From assembly GCA_037927135.1 (NCBI GenBank), contig JAXSPP010000007.1, forward strand, positions 50,073-114,072: a stretch of DNA of 64,000 bases. The letters are read 5' to 3'. A program made the position numbers and the translations under genes. Shown piece by piece: positions 30,547 to 40,086 of the stretch (positions within the stretch are counted from its first letter, which is position 1; the number at the start of each line of letters is the position of its first letter). The notes below the pieces were generated by a model. It had not been told where the DNA came from, made no database searches, and was given only the letters and a program-made list of their open reading frames with translations. This stretch comes from Candidatus Pampinifervens sinense. GTDB taxonomy: Bacteria; Aquificota; Aquificia; Aquificales; Aquificaceae.

Positions 30547-31821
30547 TCAAGGTCTATTTTTTATCCTTACCCTCAAAAAGTGCGTAGCACAGGATATGCA
30601 TGGGTCAAAGTTCCTTATCATAGGCTCTGCCATGTCTTGAAGGTCCTCTTCCCTCATATTCTCAAGGCCCTTTATATGCTCCCACAGGGAAAGCTCCATG
30701 GCTGGAAGGTTTTGGGCAGTGGGTGGCACTATGTCGGCCTTTAAAATCCTTCCCTCCTCATCAAAGGCGTAGTTGTGCCACAGCACACCCCTTGGTGCCT
30801 CAGAAACTCCAAAGCCCTCAGACCTCTTTGGCCTAAACTCCACAAGGCTTTTCTCTGGCCTTTTGTAGCCCTTGACAATATCAAGGGACCTCTCAAGGGA
30901 GTGGATGATCTCCAACATCCTCACAAGAAGGCTCTTGTAGGGATTTTTCAAAGGTGGCACAAGGCCAAGCCTTAAGGCCATCTCTTTTGCTAACGAAGAT
31001 AGCTTTTCAAAGGCATTGTTAAAGCGTGCTAACGGTCCAACCAAATAGACCCTTCCATCCCTTAGCTTGGCATGCTTGGCCGTAGAATATGGCACCTCAA
31101 ACTCTTCAAAAATCTCCTTAAAGGAAGAGGGCCTTATCCTTTGACCCTCAAAGTATATATCACCCTTTAGTATGGGGTATTCTTCTTCCCAAAGGGAGAC
31201 AAAGACTATATCTTTTAGCTCAAAGTCTGGGAATTTGAGGCCTTTTAGCCTTTCCATCACCCAAAGGCTCTTCTCTAAGGCAAGGCCTATGGGCTCAATA
31301 AGGTGAGAGAGATCCTCTGGAAGGTGGCTAAAGCCTCCTGCCACCACAGAAACCGGATGGGAGGTCCTACCGCCAAGGCTTTGTATTATAAGGCTTCCAG
31401 CCCTCTTTATCTCCATACCAGCCATCACAATCTCCTTGTCCACCTTGGACATCTCAACCAAGGAAGGCACACCATAAAAGTCCGGAAGGTGTAAAAAGAA
31501 AACATGAAGGGCATGGCTCTGTATCCATTCACCAAAGTACATAAGCCTTCTTATTTTCTCTATTTCCTTTGGAACTTCAACGCCGAAGGCGTCCTCTATG
31601 GCCTGAACACCGCTCATCTGATAGGCCACTGGGCATATGCCACATATGCGCGCAGTAATATCTGGAATAAGATGGTAGGGCTTACCCTTTAGTATGCCCT
31701 CTATGAACCTGGGTGGCTCGTATATGGAAAGCCTCAAGGCCTTTGGCTTCCCATCCTCAAGGTATACCTCAAGGGCACCCTCACCCTCTACCCTGGTAAG
31801 GGCGGAAAGCCTCAGCCTCAT
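30547..31821 (-). CDS. group 3b NiFe hydrogenase large (alpha) subunit
   Basis: RVEGEG, L1 RICGICP, EAPRG, L2 DPCISCATH plus a cleavable tail. Confidence 0.93.
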   Translation of the reverse strand: MRLRLSALTRVEGEGALEVYLEDGKPKALRLSIYEPPRFIEGILKGKPYHLIPDITARICGICPVAYQMSGVQAIEDAFGVEVPKEIEKIRRLMYFGEWIQSHALHVFFLHLPDFYGVPSLVEMSKVDKEIVMAGMEIKRAGSLIIQSLGGRTSHPVSVVAGGFSHLPEDLSHLIEPIGLALEKSLWVMERLKGLKFPDFELKDIVFVSLWEEEYPILKGDIYFEGQRIRPSSFKEIFEEFEVPYSTAKHAKLRDGRVYLVGPLARFNNAFEKLSSLAKEMALRLGLVPPLKNPYKSLLVRMLEIIHSLERSLDIVKGYKRPEKSLVEFRPKRSEGFGVSEAPRGVLWHNYAFDEEGRILKADIVPPTAQNLPAMELSLWEHIKGLENMREEDLQDMAEPMIRNFDPCISCATHFLRVRIKNRP

Positions 31822-32561
31822 AGCCAGCTCCTTATGTTTTTATTAAAGCCGTTAAAAGACAACCTCAAAAGCTCCCTTAGGTCTTCTTCTTCTATTCCAA
31901 GCCTCTCATAGGCTTCCTTTAGGGCCAAAAGGTTAGGATTTTCTATGGGTCCATAACAGCCATAGCATCCCCTTTTAAAGCTAGGACATAAGGCACCACA
32001 GCCTGCCATGGTTATTGGCCCAAGGCAGGGCCTCTGGTAAGCCACCATCACGCAAGGAATTGCCTTCCTTTTGCACTCAAGGCACAAAGGATAAGAAGGT
32101 AGGTTTGCAGACCTGTTTTCAAGGAAGGCCATAAGGACCTCTCTGAGGTGTTCCTTGTTTATGGGACAGCCCCTTATTTCTAAATCCACCTTTACAAAGT
32201 CCGACAGGGGCCTTGATTGTGGGTTTACATCATACTTTTGAGAATAAACGGAAGAATAAAGGCTTAAAAAGTCTTCAAAGTTCCTCGCCGACTGGATGCC
32301 ACCGGAGACGGCACAGGCCCCAATGGCTATCAAAAACCTACAGCTTTCCCTTATCTTCCTTATCCTCTCTTCCTCCTCCGGCGTAGACACAGACCCCTCC
32401 ACAAAGGCAAGGTCAAAAAAGCCCCATCGGTTTGCAGACTGCGCCTCAAGGAAATATTCTATGCTTACAATTTCGGAAAACTTAAAAAACTCCTCTTCCA
32501 GTTCAAAGAAGGCAAGCTGACAGCCATCGCAAGAGGAGAACTTAAAGACGCCTACCCTCAT
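31818..32561 (-). CDS. group 3b NiFe hydrogenase small (delta) subunit
   Basis: SCDGC, GACA..GG, GCP, C.GP.T.AGC.A.CP....C.GC.G. Confidence 0.9.
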   Translation of the reverse strand: MRVGVFKFSSCDGCQLAFFELEEEFFKFSEIVSIEYFLEAQSANRWGFFDLAFVEGSVSTPEEEERIRKIRESCRFLIAIGACAVSGGIQSARNFEDFLSLYSSVYSQKYDVNPQSRPLSDFVKVDLEIRGCPINKEHLREVLMAFLENRSANLPSYPLCLECKRKAIPCVMVAYQRPCLGPITMAGCGALCPSFKRGCYGCYGPIENPNLLALKEAYERLGIEEEDLRELLRLSFNGFNKNIRSWL

Positions 32562-33352
32562 ACCTCCTTCCTTTCAAAGTATTCCTTTATCAAATCATAC
32601 CTAAATATGGGCCCATCCTTGCAGACGAAGTAGGGCCCTATCATACAGTGCCCGCAGGTACCCACAGAACACTTCATATGCCTCTCAAGGGAAGCATAAA
32701 TTCTATTCTCTTCAATTCCCTTCTCTTTTAGAAGGCTTACGCAGGCCTTTACCATAGGGTCTGGACCGCATATAAAGACTAAAGAATCCCTTTCAATATC
32801 CAATTCCCTCAAAAGGTCTGTTATAAGCCCCGTTTTGCCCTTCCACTGTGGATGAGAGGTGCCTATTATGGCCCTAAAGTCCGCCTTTGAGGACCACTCC
32901 TCATAAAGATACTTATACAGAAGGCTGTCGTAGTCCTTTGAGCCATAAAGGTGTATTAGCCTTTTTATGGGCCTTTTCATGGCCTCTTCAAAGACCCATC
33001 GGGTTGCCGCAAGGCCAAGGCCACCAGAGAGGATAAGGAGGGTTTTTCCATAGGCCTCTTCCAAATTCCACCTGTTGCCATAGGGTCCTCTCCAGTATAG
33101 AAGGTCTCCCTCCCTCAGGCTATCTATATACCTTGTCACATCACCCACAGCCCTCACCGTATGGACCAGATAGCCTTCCCCCTTACTTGCTATGGTTATG
33201 GGTGCCTCGCCCCTTCCGAAGGCATAAAGCATGTTATACTGTCCAAATTGTGCCTCCTCCTCTGTGGCAATATGAAAGGTATAAACACCCTCACACTCCT
33301 TTATCACCCTTATTATCCTTGAGGCCTTTAGCCTGTAAGGGTTTTCAACCAT
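32558..33352 (-). CDS. group 3b hydrogenase gamma subunit (FAD/NAD(P), 2Fe-2S)
   Basis: RGPYG, GGLGLA, CGP..M, MKCSVGTCGHC, CKDGP. Confidence 0.9.
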   Translation of the reverse strand: MVENPYRLKASRIIRVIKECEGVYTFHIATEEEAQFGQYNMLYAFGRGEAPITIASKGEGYLVHTVRAVGDVTRYIDSLREGDLLYWRGPYGNRWNLEEAYGKTLLILSGGLGLAATRWVFEEAMKRPIKRLIHLYGSKDYDSLLYKYLYEEWSSKADFRAIIGTSHPQWKGKTGLITDLLRELDIERDSLVFICGPDPMVKACVSLLKEKGIEENRIYASLERHMKCSVGTCGHCMIGPYFVCKDGPIFRYDLIKEYFERKEV

Positions 33353-34451
33353 GGGCAAGCCTTTTTACCTCCTGTCTTATGTCTATGCCCGCAGGACACC
33401 ATGTGATACACCTTCCACAGCCCACACAGCCAAAGCTATCAAACTGGTCCACCCAATAGGCAAACTTATGCATAAGCCACTGCCTATATCTGGAGTGGAT
33501 GCTCTGCCTGATATTAAATCGGTGGACTGTGGCAAAGGAAGGAGAAAAGCATGAGTCCCAAAGCCTTACCCTCTCACTACAATCTGATTCTAAGCTGTTT
33601 CTCTCCACTATATCAAAGCAAAAGCAGGTGGGACAAACTTGCGTGCAAGAGGTGCAAGCAAGGCACCTTTTCTCAATATGCTCCCAGTAGTAACTATCCA
33701 TCTTACCATAAAGCCTCTGTGCTAGCCCTTTTCTCTCAAAAAAGTTCTCCATAGAATCCTTCAGGTCCTTTAACCTCCTTTCCTTCTCTTCAAAGTGTCT
33801 TTCCTCTGCCCTCTCCTTCTTCTCCAAAAGGCTAACCATCTTCTCACCCCTTTCTGAACCCACCTCCAAAAGGAAAGAATCCTCCAGCTCTGTGATAAGG
33901 AGGTCAAAGCCATCTTTTACCTCTGGACCAGTGCCCATTGTATTACAAAAGCAGGTGGAGGTCCTATAGGTGCAGTTTACGGCCACTATGAAGGCCCTTT
34001 CTCTTAGGCTCTTGTAGTATGGGTCTGGGTGTGAGTTCTTTTCAAGGAAAACCCTGTCAAGAATTTTTATGGCAGAAAGGTCGCAAGCCCTCACATCAAA
34101 AAAGCAGTACTTTTCTTCTACCCTCTCCATCTCGAAGCTTAAAGCCCCATCGGACCTTTTTACCTTCATAAGCCTTAGTTCCGGTGGATGCAAAAAGGCT
34201 TTTGGAGAGTTGGCAGGATGGGTGTAGGTAAAGTAGCCATTTGAAGCCTTCTCAACAGCATAAAGGGCAGGTCCTTCTACATTTTTGTAGCCCAAGGCAA
34301 GGCTTTCAAAGTCTTTAACATGGTCGTATACCAAAAGGCCATCCCTCAAAGTTGGAGCAATAACCTTATAGCTTTCGCTAAGAAGATAAAAGAGCTCCCT
34401 TAACCCCTCAATCCCTATTATGTAGCCTTTGCCTTTTCCTTTGCCTTCCAC
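33345..34451 (-). CDS. group 3b hydrogenase beta subunit (4Fe-4S, AsrA-like)
   Basis: [28 protein letters not shown]; start lies inside the prfB 3' end. Confidence 0.9.
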   Translation of the reverse strand: MEGKGKGKGYIIGIEGLRELFYLLSESYKVIAPTLRDGLLVYDHVKDFESLALGYKNVEGPALYAVEKASNGYFTYTHPANSPKAFLHPPELRLMKVKRSDGALSFEMERVEEKYCFFDVRACDLSAIKILDRVFLEKNSHPDPYYKSLRERAFIVAVNCTYRTSTCFCNTMGTGPEVKDGFDLLITELEDSFLLEVGSERGEKMVSLLEKKERAEERHFEEKERRLKDLKDSMENFFERKGLAQRLYGKMDSYYWEHIEKRCLACTSCTQVCPTCFCFDIVERNSLESDCSERVRLWDSCFSPSFATVHRFNIRQSIHSRYRQWLMHKFAYWVDQFDSFGCVGCGRCITWCPAGIDIRQEVKRLAHG

Positions 34452-35530
34452 CTCAAATATTCCTCTATAAATGGGTCTATCTCTCCATCCATCACAGCGT
34501 TCACATCACCTATCTCTAGACCAGTTCTAAGATCCTTTACAAGCTGGTAGGGCTGGAACACATAGGACCTTATCTGATGGCCCCACCCTATGTCCGTCTT
34601 TTCTCCTTCTAGGGCCTTCTTCTTCTCCTCAAGCTTTTGAAGCTCAAGCTGGTAGAGTTTAGCCTTCAAAAGCTCCAAAGCCTTTATCCTGTTTTGGTAT
34701 TGAGACCTTTCCTGCTGGCATGTTACCACTATGCCCGTTGGCTTGTGCCTTATCCTCACCGCCGTGTCCGTCTTATTTACATACTGGCCTCCAGCACCGC
34801 TGGCCCTGAAGGTCTCCATCTCAATGTCCTCTTCCCTTATCTCTATGTTTATGCTTTCATCTATCTGTGGCATGACCGAAACGGAAGCAAAGGAGGTGTG
34901 CCTTCTTGCGTTGGCGTCAAAGGGTGAAATCCTTACAAGCCTGTGGACTCCATGCTCTCCCTTCAGATAACCGTAAGCATATGGCCCCTTTATAAGAAGA
35001 GTTGCGCTTTTTATGCCTGCCACATCGTCTGGGTTGATATCCACCACCTCCACCTCATAGCCATGCCTTTCCGCCCACCTTTTGTACATCCTCAAAAGCA
35101 TACTTGCCCAATCGCAAGCCTCCACACCGCCCGCACCAGCCTGTATGGTAAGGTAGGCGTTCTTTGAATCCATCTCCTCAGATAGAAAGGCCTTTATCTC
35201 AAGGTCCCTAATGGGCTTTTCAAGCCTGTTTAACTCCTCCATCAGCATCTGTATGGTTTCAAGGTCCTCTTCTGATGTCTCTTCCAAAAGCTCCTCTATA
35301 TCCTTAAGACTTCTTTCTATCTCCTCAATCTCCTTTAGGTTCTCCTCAAGCCACTTCCTTCTTTGTGTTAGACTCTTTGCCTTTCCCTGATCGTTCCAAA
35401 AATCGGCAGAAGCCATACTCCTGTCTATTCTCTCAATCTCCTCCCTAATGGATTGCACGTCAAGGGTGGTTTTTATATCCTCAAACTTATCCTTCAATAT
35501 ATCAAGCTTTTCTCTCACCTCAGTCAGCAT
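34418..35530 (-). CDS. prfB: peptide chain release factor 2, no programmed frameshift
   Basis: SPF specificity motif, [11 protein letters not shown]; start ATG 35530. Confidence 0.95.
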   Translation of the reverse strand: MLTEVREKLDILKDKFEDIKTTLDVQSIREEIERIDRSMASADFWNDQGKAKSLTQRRKWLEENLKEIEEIERSLKDIEELLEETSEEDLETIQMLMEELNRLEKPIRDLEIKAFLSEEMDSKNAYLTIQAGAGGVEACDWASMLLRMYKRWAERHGYEVEVVDINPDDVAGIKSATLLIKGPYAYGYLKGEHGVHRLVRISPFDANARRHTSFASVSVMPQIDESINIEIREEDIEMETFRASGAGGQYVNKTDTAVRIRHKPTGIVVTCQQERSQYQNRIKALELLKAKLYQLELQKLEEKKKALEGEKTDIGWGHQIRSYVFQPYQLVKDLRTGLEIGDVNAVMDGEIDPFIEEYLRWKAKEKAKAT

Positions 35531-35549
35531 AGAATTTAATATTAAGCGC

Positions 35550-36032
35550 ATGGTAAGGGAGATGCAACTCTCCGACTTGGAAGAGGTCCTAAGGATAAGT
35601 AAAGAGTGCTTTAACTCAGATGCATGGAGTAAACAGGCCTTTGAAAAGGAGTTCAACCTTGACTATTCCCACAGGTTCGTCCTAGAGGAGGAGGGTGAGA
35701 TAATAGGCTATGCGGTAGTGTGGCAGATGTACGATGAGGCCACCATCATGTCCATAGCCATAAAAAAAGACAGGTGGGGAAGGGGCTACGGCAAAAGGCT
35801 TATGGAGTTCATCATAGAATACTTTAAGGGCAAGGTAAGCAGAATTTTGCTTGATGTGAGGAGGTCCAACATAAGGGCCATAAGGCTCTATCAGTCCCTT
35901 GGCTTTAAAATAATATCCGAAAGGCGTGGCTATTATTCCGATGGTGAGGATGCCTTTTTGATGATACTTGATCTGGAGGAGAAAGGTGGAGATAAAGGGA
36001 AGGCCCTTGAAGCTGTTAATACCGGAGGATAA
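35550..36032 (+). CDS. rimI: ribosomal protein S18 alanine N-acetyltransferase
   Basis: GRGYG, L.VR.SN..A..LY...GF, R.GYY.DGEDA. Confidence 0.85.
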   Translation: MVREMQLSDLEEVLRISKECFNSDAWSKQAFEKEFNLDYSHRFVLEEEGEIIGYAVVWQMYDEATIMSIAIKKDRWGRGYGKRLMEFIIEYFKGKVSRILLDVRRSNIRAIRLYQSLGFKIISERRGYYSDGEDAFLMILDLEEKGGDKGKALEAVNTGG

Positions 36033-36510
36033 GATCCTCCAAAGGGTAAAGGAGTTGGCAAAGGAGATAGAGGACTATTTTGCAGGCCCCTTTTTTGTGG
36101 TAAGCCTTCTAAAGGGTGCCTTTATCTTTACGGCGGACCTGATAAGAAGCTTTAGCATTCCTGTGCAGGTGGACTTTATATGGGTCTCCAGCTATGGCTC
36201 CTCTCAAGAGAGTCAAGGGCATGTAAAGGTGATAAAGGACCTAGATAGGGACATAGAGGGGCTAAGGGTTCTTTTGGTGGATGATATCTTAGACACGGGC
36301 TATACCCTTGAGGAGGTCTACAGGCTTCTCAAGCTAAAGGGTGCAAAGGAGGTAAAGACCTGCGTCCTTTTGGACAAAAAGGAGAGAAGAAGGGTGCCCT
36401 TTGAGGCGGACTTTGTAGGCTTTGAGGTGCCAAACCTTTTTCTTGTGGGCTATGGTCTAGATTGGGACGAAGAGGGCAGGAATCTGAGGGGCATATACGC
36501 AGTGCTTTAG
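35986..36510 (+). CDS. hpt: hypoxanthine phosphoribosyltransferase
   Basis: LLKGA.IF.ADL, VSSYG, LVDDILDTG.TL, VGYGLD. Confidence 0.93.
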   Translation: MEIKGRPLKLLIPEDKILQRVKELAKEIEDYFAGPFFVVSLLKGAFIFTADLIRSFSIPVQVDFIWVSSYGSSQESQGHVKVIKDLDRDIEGLRVLLVDDILDTGYTLEEVYRLLKLKGAKEVKTCVLLDKKERRRVPFEADFVGFEVPNLFLVGYGLDWDEEGRNLRGIYAVL

Positions 36511-37091
36511 CCTATATCCTCTATGCTTATGCCTACGGCACCAGCCCTAAGCATCTCCTCTATGGCCCTTTCCGAGTCTCCAGGGTTTACATCCACACCC
36601 TTTATACCATCAAGGAGGAGAAAGGCCTCATAGCCAAGGTTTATAGCACCAAGCACGGTGTTTTTCACACAGTAATCGGTGGCCACACCACCCACAAAGA
36701 CTCTCCTTATACCCCTTTCCTTTAGAAGGCTGTCAAGAATGGTTCCTTGAAATCCAGAGTAGGCGTCAAAGTCTTTACTTGTGCCCTTTGATATAATAAA
36801 GCGGTTGTCCTGTGGTATAAAAAGGTCCTTATGGAACATGGCCCCTTCCGTGTTTTGAACGCAGTGAGGAGGCCACACACCCCCTTGCTCTTTGAAGGAT
36901 ATGTGGTCCGGTGGATGCCAATCCCTTGTAAAGAATACGGGAAGCCCTAAGGAGTTGAAAAGCTTTGTGTATTGGTTAAGCCTTGGTATTATCTTGTCTC
37001 CCTCTGGCACTGGAAGGGCTCCTCCCGGCATAAAATCCTTTTGCATATCCACCACTATAAGCGCATCCTTTGGGCCAAGCCTTATCTTCAT
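36507..37091 (-). CDS. pncA: nicotinamidase/pyrazinamidase
   Basis: VDMQKDF, DWHP..H, WPPHC, GVATDYCV. Confidence 0.93.
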   Translation of the reverse strand: MKIRLGPKDALIVVDMQKDFMPGGALPVPEGDKIIPRLNQYTKLFNSLGLPVFFTRDWHPPDHISFKEQGGVWPPHCVQNTEGAMFHKDLFIPQDNRFIISKGTSKDFDAYSGFQGTILDSLLKERGIRRVFVGGVATDYCVKNTVLGAINLGYEAFLLLDGIKGVDVNPGDSERAIEEMLRAGAVGISIEDIG

Positions 37092-37732
37092 GGCAAAACC
37101 TCCACAGGTATCTCATCTTTTAATTTAATCTCTTCAAGGCTGACAGAACATCGGTAGGCCCTTGCCTCCAAGCCAAGCTTTACATACCTCAGAAGGGCTT
37201 CAGAAAACTTTGGATCCACACGCCAGTTGGGAGAGAAGGCTCTGCAGTCTTCCCTTTGGACCACAAAGACCACAAGAGGCTCATATCCTTCCATTGAAAG
37301 CTCAATAAGCTTTTCAATATGCCTTCTTCCCCTTTCTGTGGGTGCATCTGGAAAAAGGGCAATGCCATCCTCTACCAAGTTTACAGACTTTACCTCCACA
37401 GGCCTATGGCCTAAAAGCAGGTCAAACCTTTTATCACCAAAGGTAGGTTCAAAGGAGACTGGAACTTTTATATACTCTGCATAAAGCTTTGGAGCAATAT
37501 GAGAATCAATGCAAACAAGGTAGTCTTTAAACTCTGCAAGGACTATTTCAAAGGAGTGTTTTCCTTCTTTCCTTTTTGCCACATAAACTTTATTGCCCTC
37601 AAATAGGAGCTCCTTTAGCCTTCCCGTATTCCTTATGTAGGCTGTATAATCTTTGCCTTCAAACTCTATAAGCCCTACAAACCTGTTTAACCTTCTTTTG
37701 AACTTTGCTTCCTTTAGCTCTGGAAATCTCAT
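37088..37732 (-). CDS. sfsA: DNA/RNA nuclease SfsA
   Basis: R.NRF, NTGRL.EL, VEVKSV, FPDAPTERG.RH. Confidence 0.93.
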   Translation of the reverse strand: MRFPELKEAKFKRRLNRFVGLIEFEGKDYTAYIRNTGRLKELLFEGNKVYVAKRKEGKHSFEIVLAEFKDYLVCIDSHIAPKLYAEYIKVPVSFEPTFGDKRFDLLLGHRPVEVKSVNLVEDGIALFPDAPTERGRRHIEKLIELSMEGYEPLVVFVVQREDCRAFSPNWRVDPKFSEALLRYVKLGLEARAYRCSVSLEEIKLKDEIPVEVLP

Positions 37733-37736
37733 TTTT

Positions 37737-37825
37737 TAGAAAGGCCCCACCTGGCGGTGGGGCAAAACAGTTAGGGGAGGGAGGGGGAGGGAGTTTCTCA
37801 CTTCCCCCAACTTCTCTATCTAAGT
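37737..37825 (-). ncRNA. candidate small RNA or attenuated leader, about 88 nt
   Basis: Upstream consensus promoter, 10-bp stem enclosing a CU-rich loop, terminal GC hairpin followed by CUUUCU. Confidence 0.55.
37738..37763 (-). terminator. Rho-independent terminator-like hairpin
   Basis: GCCCCACC-GCCA-GGTGGGGC followed by CTTTCT. Confidence 0.7.
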
Positions 37826-37830
37826 CTAAA

Positions 37831-37858
37831 ATTATATCCAATAATTTCCTTTTGTCAA
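37831..37858 (-). promoter_or_regulatory. sigma70 promoter
   Basis: TTGACA (37858-37853), N16, TATAAT (37836-37831). Confidence 0.75.
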
Positions 37859-37869
37859 CTTGTAAAAAA

Positions 37870-38580
37870 TTAAAGTCTTTTCAAGGATGCATGCCACATA
37901 GCTATAGCTCCAGCAGAAGAAACGTTTAAAGAGTTTATCTTTCCCACCATCGGTATGGAGACCACAGCATCCGCTATTTCCAGAAGGCTCTTTGATACAC
38001 CCTCTCCCTCCGATCCTAGCACAAGGGCACAGCCTTGAGGAAAGTCAAACTCCCTTATATCCTTACCACCCCTTTCTATAGCTATGATCCAGCCACCCAT
38101 CTCTTTAAATTCCTTCAAGGTCCTTGCCAGGCTACCCACCTTTGAAAGCATAAGGTAGAACACCGCACCAGAGGATGCTTTAACCACCGTTTCATTGATA
38201 GGACAGGCCCTATCCCTAGGTATTAAGGCACCTACACCACCAAAAACCTCGCAGGTCCTCAAAAGGTTTCCCACATTTTGAGGGTCTGTGATGTGGTCAA
38301 GGACTAGGAAAAAGGAACCGCTTTCCAAGGTCCTTTTAAAGAGTAGGTGAGGCTCCACATACTCTATGGGACTAAGGATAGCCAAAATGCCTTGAGTTTT
38401 CTTTGTGCCAGAAAGCTCCTCTATTTTTTGTCTTGGCACCTTTTGTATCTTAATACCCCTTTCTTTGCATAGCTTTACCACTTGATAAGGTGGATGGGAA
38501 TCGTGTGCCACAAGCACCTTCTCTACAGACCTTCCAGAACGTAAAGCTTCTATCACCGGATTCTTCCCATAAACTATCAT
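37870..38580 (-). CDS. rlmB: 23S rRNA Gm2251 methyltransferase
   Basis: YG.NPV.EAL, DPQN.G, GSEGEG, SLNVS. Confidence 0.9.
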   Translation of the reverse strand: MIVYGKNPVIEALRSGRSVEKVLVAHDSHPPYQVVKLCKERGIKIQKVPRQKIEELSGTKKTQGILAILSPIEYVEPHLLFKRTLESGSFFLVLDHITDPQNVGNLLRTCEVFGGVGALIPRDRACPINETVVKASSGAVFYLMLSKVGSLARTLKEFKEMGGWIIAIERGGKDIREFDFPQGCALVLGSEGEGVSKSLLEIADAVVSIPMVGKINSLNVSSAGAIAMWHASLKRL

Positions 38581-39626
38581 AGCTTTATTACACCACCTCC
38601 AAGCAATACATCATCCTCGTAAAAAGCGCATACCTGACCGGGAGTGATGCCCTTTATAGGCCTTTCAAACCTCACCACATATCCATCCTCTGTTCTTTCT
38701 ACATCCTTTACCTCCACCATTTGACTCCTATACCTCACCTGCGCCTTTGGCCTCTCCCACAGGTTTATGTCAAGATGGAAGTTTATATCCTCAAGCAAAA
38801 GCCAATCTCTATAAAGCTCCTCCTCCCTGGAGAGATAAACTATGTTGTTCTCTGGGTCTATGGAATGCACATAGACGGGAAAGCCAAGGGCTATGCCCAG
38901 TCCCTTCCTCTGACCCACCGTGTAGTGGAAAAAGCCCCTGTGTTTACCCACAGGCCTTCCCTCAAAGTAAAAGTAGCCTTCCTTAGATCCTACCTTCTCT
39001 TCTATGAACTCCCCCGGCCCCCTTCCCATAAGGAAGCACACATCCTGAGAATCCCTCTTGTCCCATACGGGAAGGCCCCTATCCCTTGCTATCTTCCTTA
39101 CCTCCTCCTTTGTTAGACCTCCTAGGGGAAACTCTAAAAGGTCCAAATGCTCCCTCTTTACCAGGCTCAGAAAATAAGACTGGTCCCTTTTGAGGTCCAT
39201 TGCCCTCCCTATAAGCCTCTCACCCTTATACTCCACAAACCTAGCATAATGACCTGTGGCAAGCTTGTCTATGTTGGCCACTTTTCTGAGATAGTCTGCA
39301 AGGAAACCAGTCTTTACCTCTCTGTTGCATATAGCACATGGGTTTGGGGTTTTTCCAGAAAGGGACTCCTTCAAAAAGTAATTTATGACCTTCTCCTCAA
39401 ATACCTTCTCCCAGCTTAGTGTTATGTGGGGTATTCCAAGGTATTCTGAAACCCTTGCTGCATCCCTCACATCCTCTGGAGAACAGCAAACCCTAAGATC
39501 TTCTGTAGAACACTCAAGCTGGTGAAACCTCAAGGTTACACCTATGACCTCATGTCCAGACTCCTTCATGAGGAGCGCGCAAACACTGCTATCTACACCA
39601 CCACTCATACCTACAGCCACTCTCAT
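38577..39626 (-). CDS. mnmA: tRNA 2-thiouridylase
   Basis: SGGVDS, TPNPC..CN, ATGHY, DQSYFL, DSQDVCF, TPGQ. Confidence 0.95.
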   Translation of the reverse strand: MRVAVGMSGGVDSSVCALLMKESGHEVIGVTLRFHQLECSTEDLRVCCSPEDVRDAARVSEYLGIPHITLSWEKVFEEKVINYFLKESLSGKTPNPCAICNREVKTGFLADYLRKVANIDKLATGHYARFVEYKGERLIGRAMDLKRDQSYFLSLVKREHLDLLEFPLGGLTKEEVRKIARDRGLPVWDKRDSQDVCFLMGRGPGEFIEEKVGSKEGYFYFEGRPVGKHRGFFHYTVGQRKGLGIALGFPVYVHSIDPENNIVYLSREEELYRDWLLLEDINFHLDINLWERPKAQVRYRSQMVEVKDVERTEDGYVVRFERPIKGITPGQVCAFYEDDVLLGGGVIKL

Positions 39627-39637
39627 AAGGAAATAAT

Positions 39638-40051
39638 TTAGACCCCAAAGAACCTTTTCATAAAGCTTATAACTTCTGAGCTTTCCTCTTCCATCTCTAG
39701 CCCAAGCTTTATTATCCTATCTGGATTGTCCTTTTCCTTCAAAAGCCCAAGGCTTATGGCTGTTTGCAGCTTTTCTATAACACTTTCAGAAATATGTATC
39801 ATAGTCTGATCAAAGCCAAACCTTTTATACAGTTCAAACCTCTCCCTCTCCCCCTTCTTCATCATACTCCTGCAAAAGGCGCATATCTTCCTCCAAGTGT
39901 TTAAGGTCCTCTCCCAATCATCCCTTGGAAGGTTTTCCAGCTCAAGCTTTATCAAGTCTATGAGTGAGCTCCTAAGATAGGCTTTAAAGCCTTCCGGCGT
40001 CCAGTTTTGATCATCCTCCTTTTTTAAAAGGCCAGTTAGATCAATTTTCAT
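39638..40051 (-). CDS. hypothetical protein
   Basis: 137-aa ORF with typical composition. Confidence 0.6.
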   Translation of the reverse strand: MKIDLTGLLKKEDDQNWTPEGFKAYLRSSLIDLIKLELENLPRDDWERTLNTWRKICAFCRSMMKKGERERFELYKRFGFDQTMIHISESVIEKLQTAISLGLLKEKDNPDRIIKLGLEMEEESSEVISFMKRFFGV

Positions 40052-40086
40052 GTTATTCTAATATATACACCTTTTGGAGGTTAGGC

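Noticed and set aside
35531-35656. Long N-terminal extensions of prfB (to 35656) and rimI (from 35448) in the ORF track
   Set aside because: They are antisense overlaps of each other; family-typical N-termini begin at 35530 and 35550
37659-37929. Short ORFs 37659-37841(-) and 37705-37929(+) with poly-Pro or poly-Gly
   Set aside because: Low-complexity translations of the C/G-rich hairpin region that overlap sfsA and rlmB; the RNA explanation fits better
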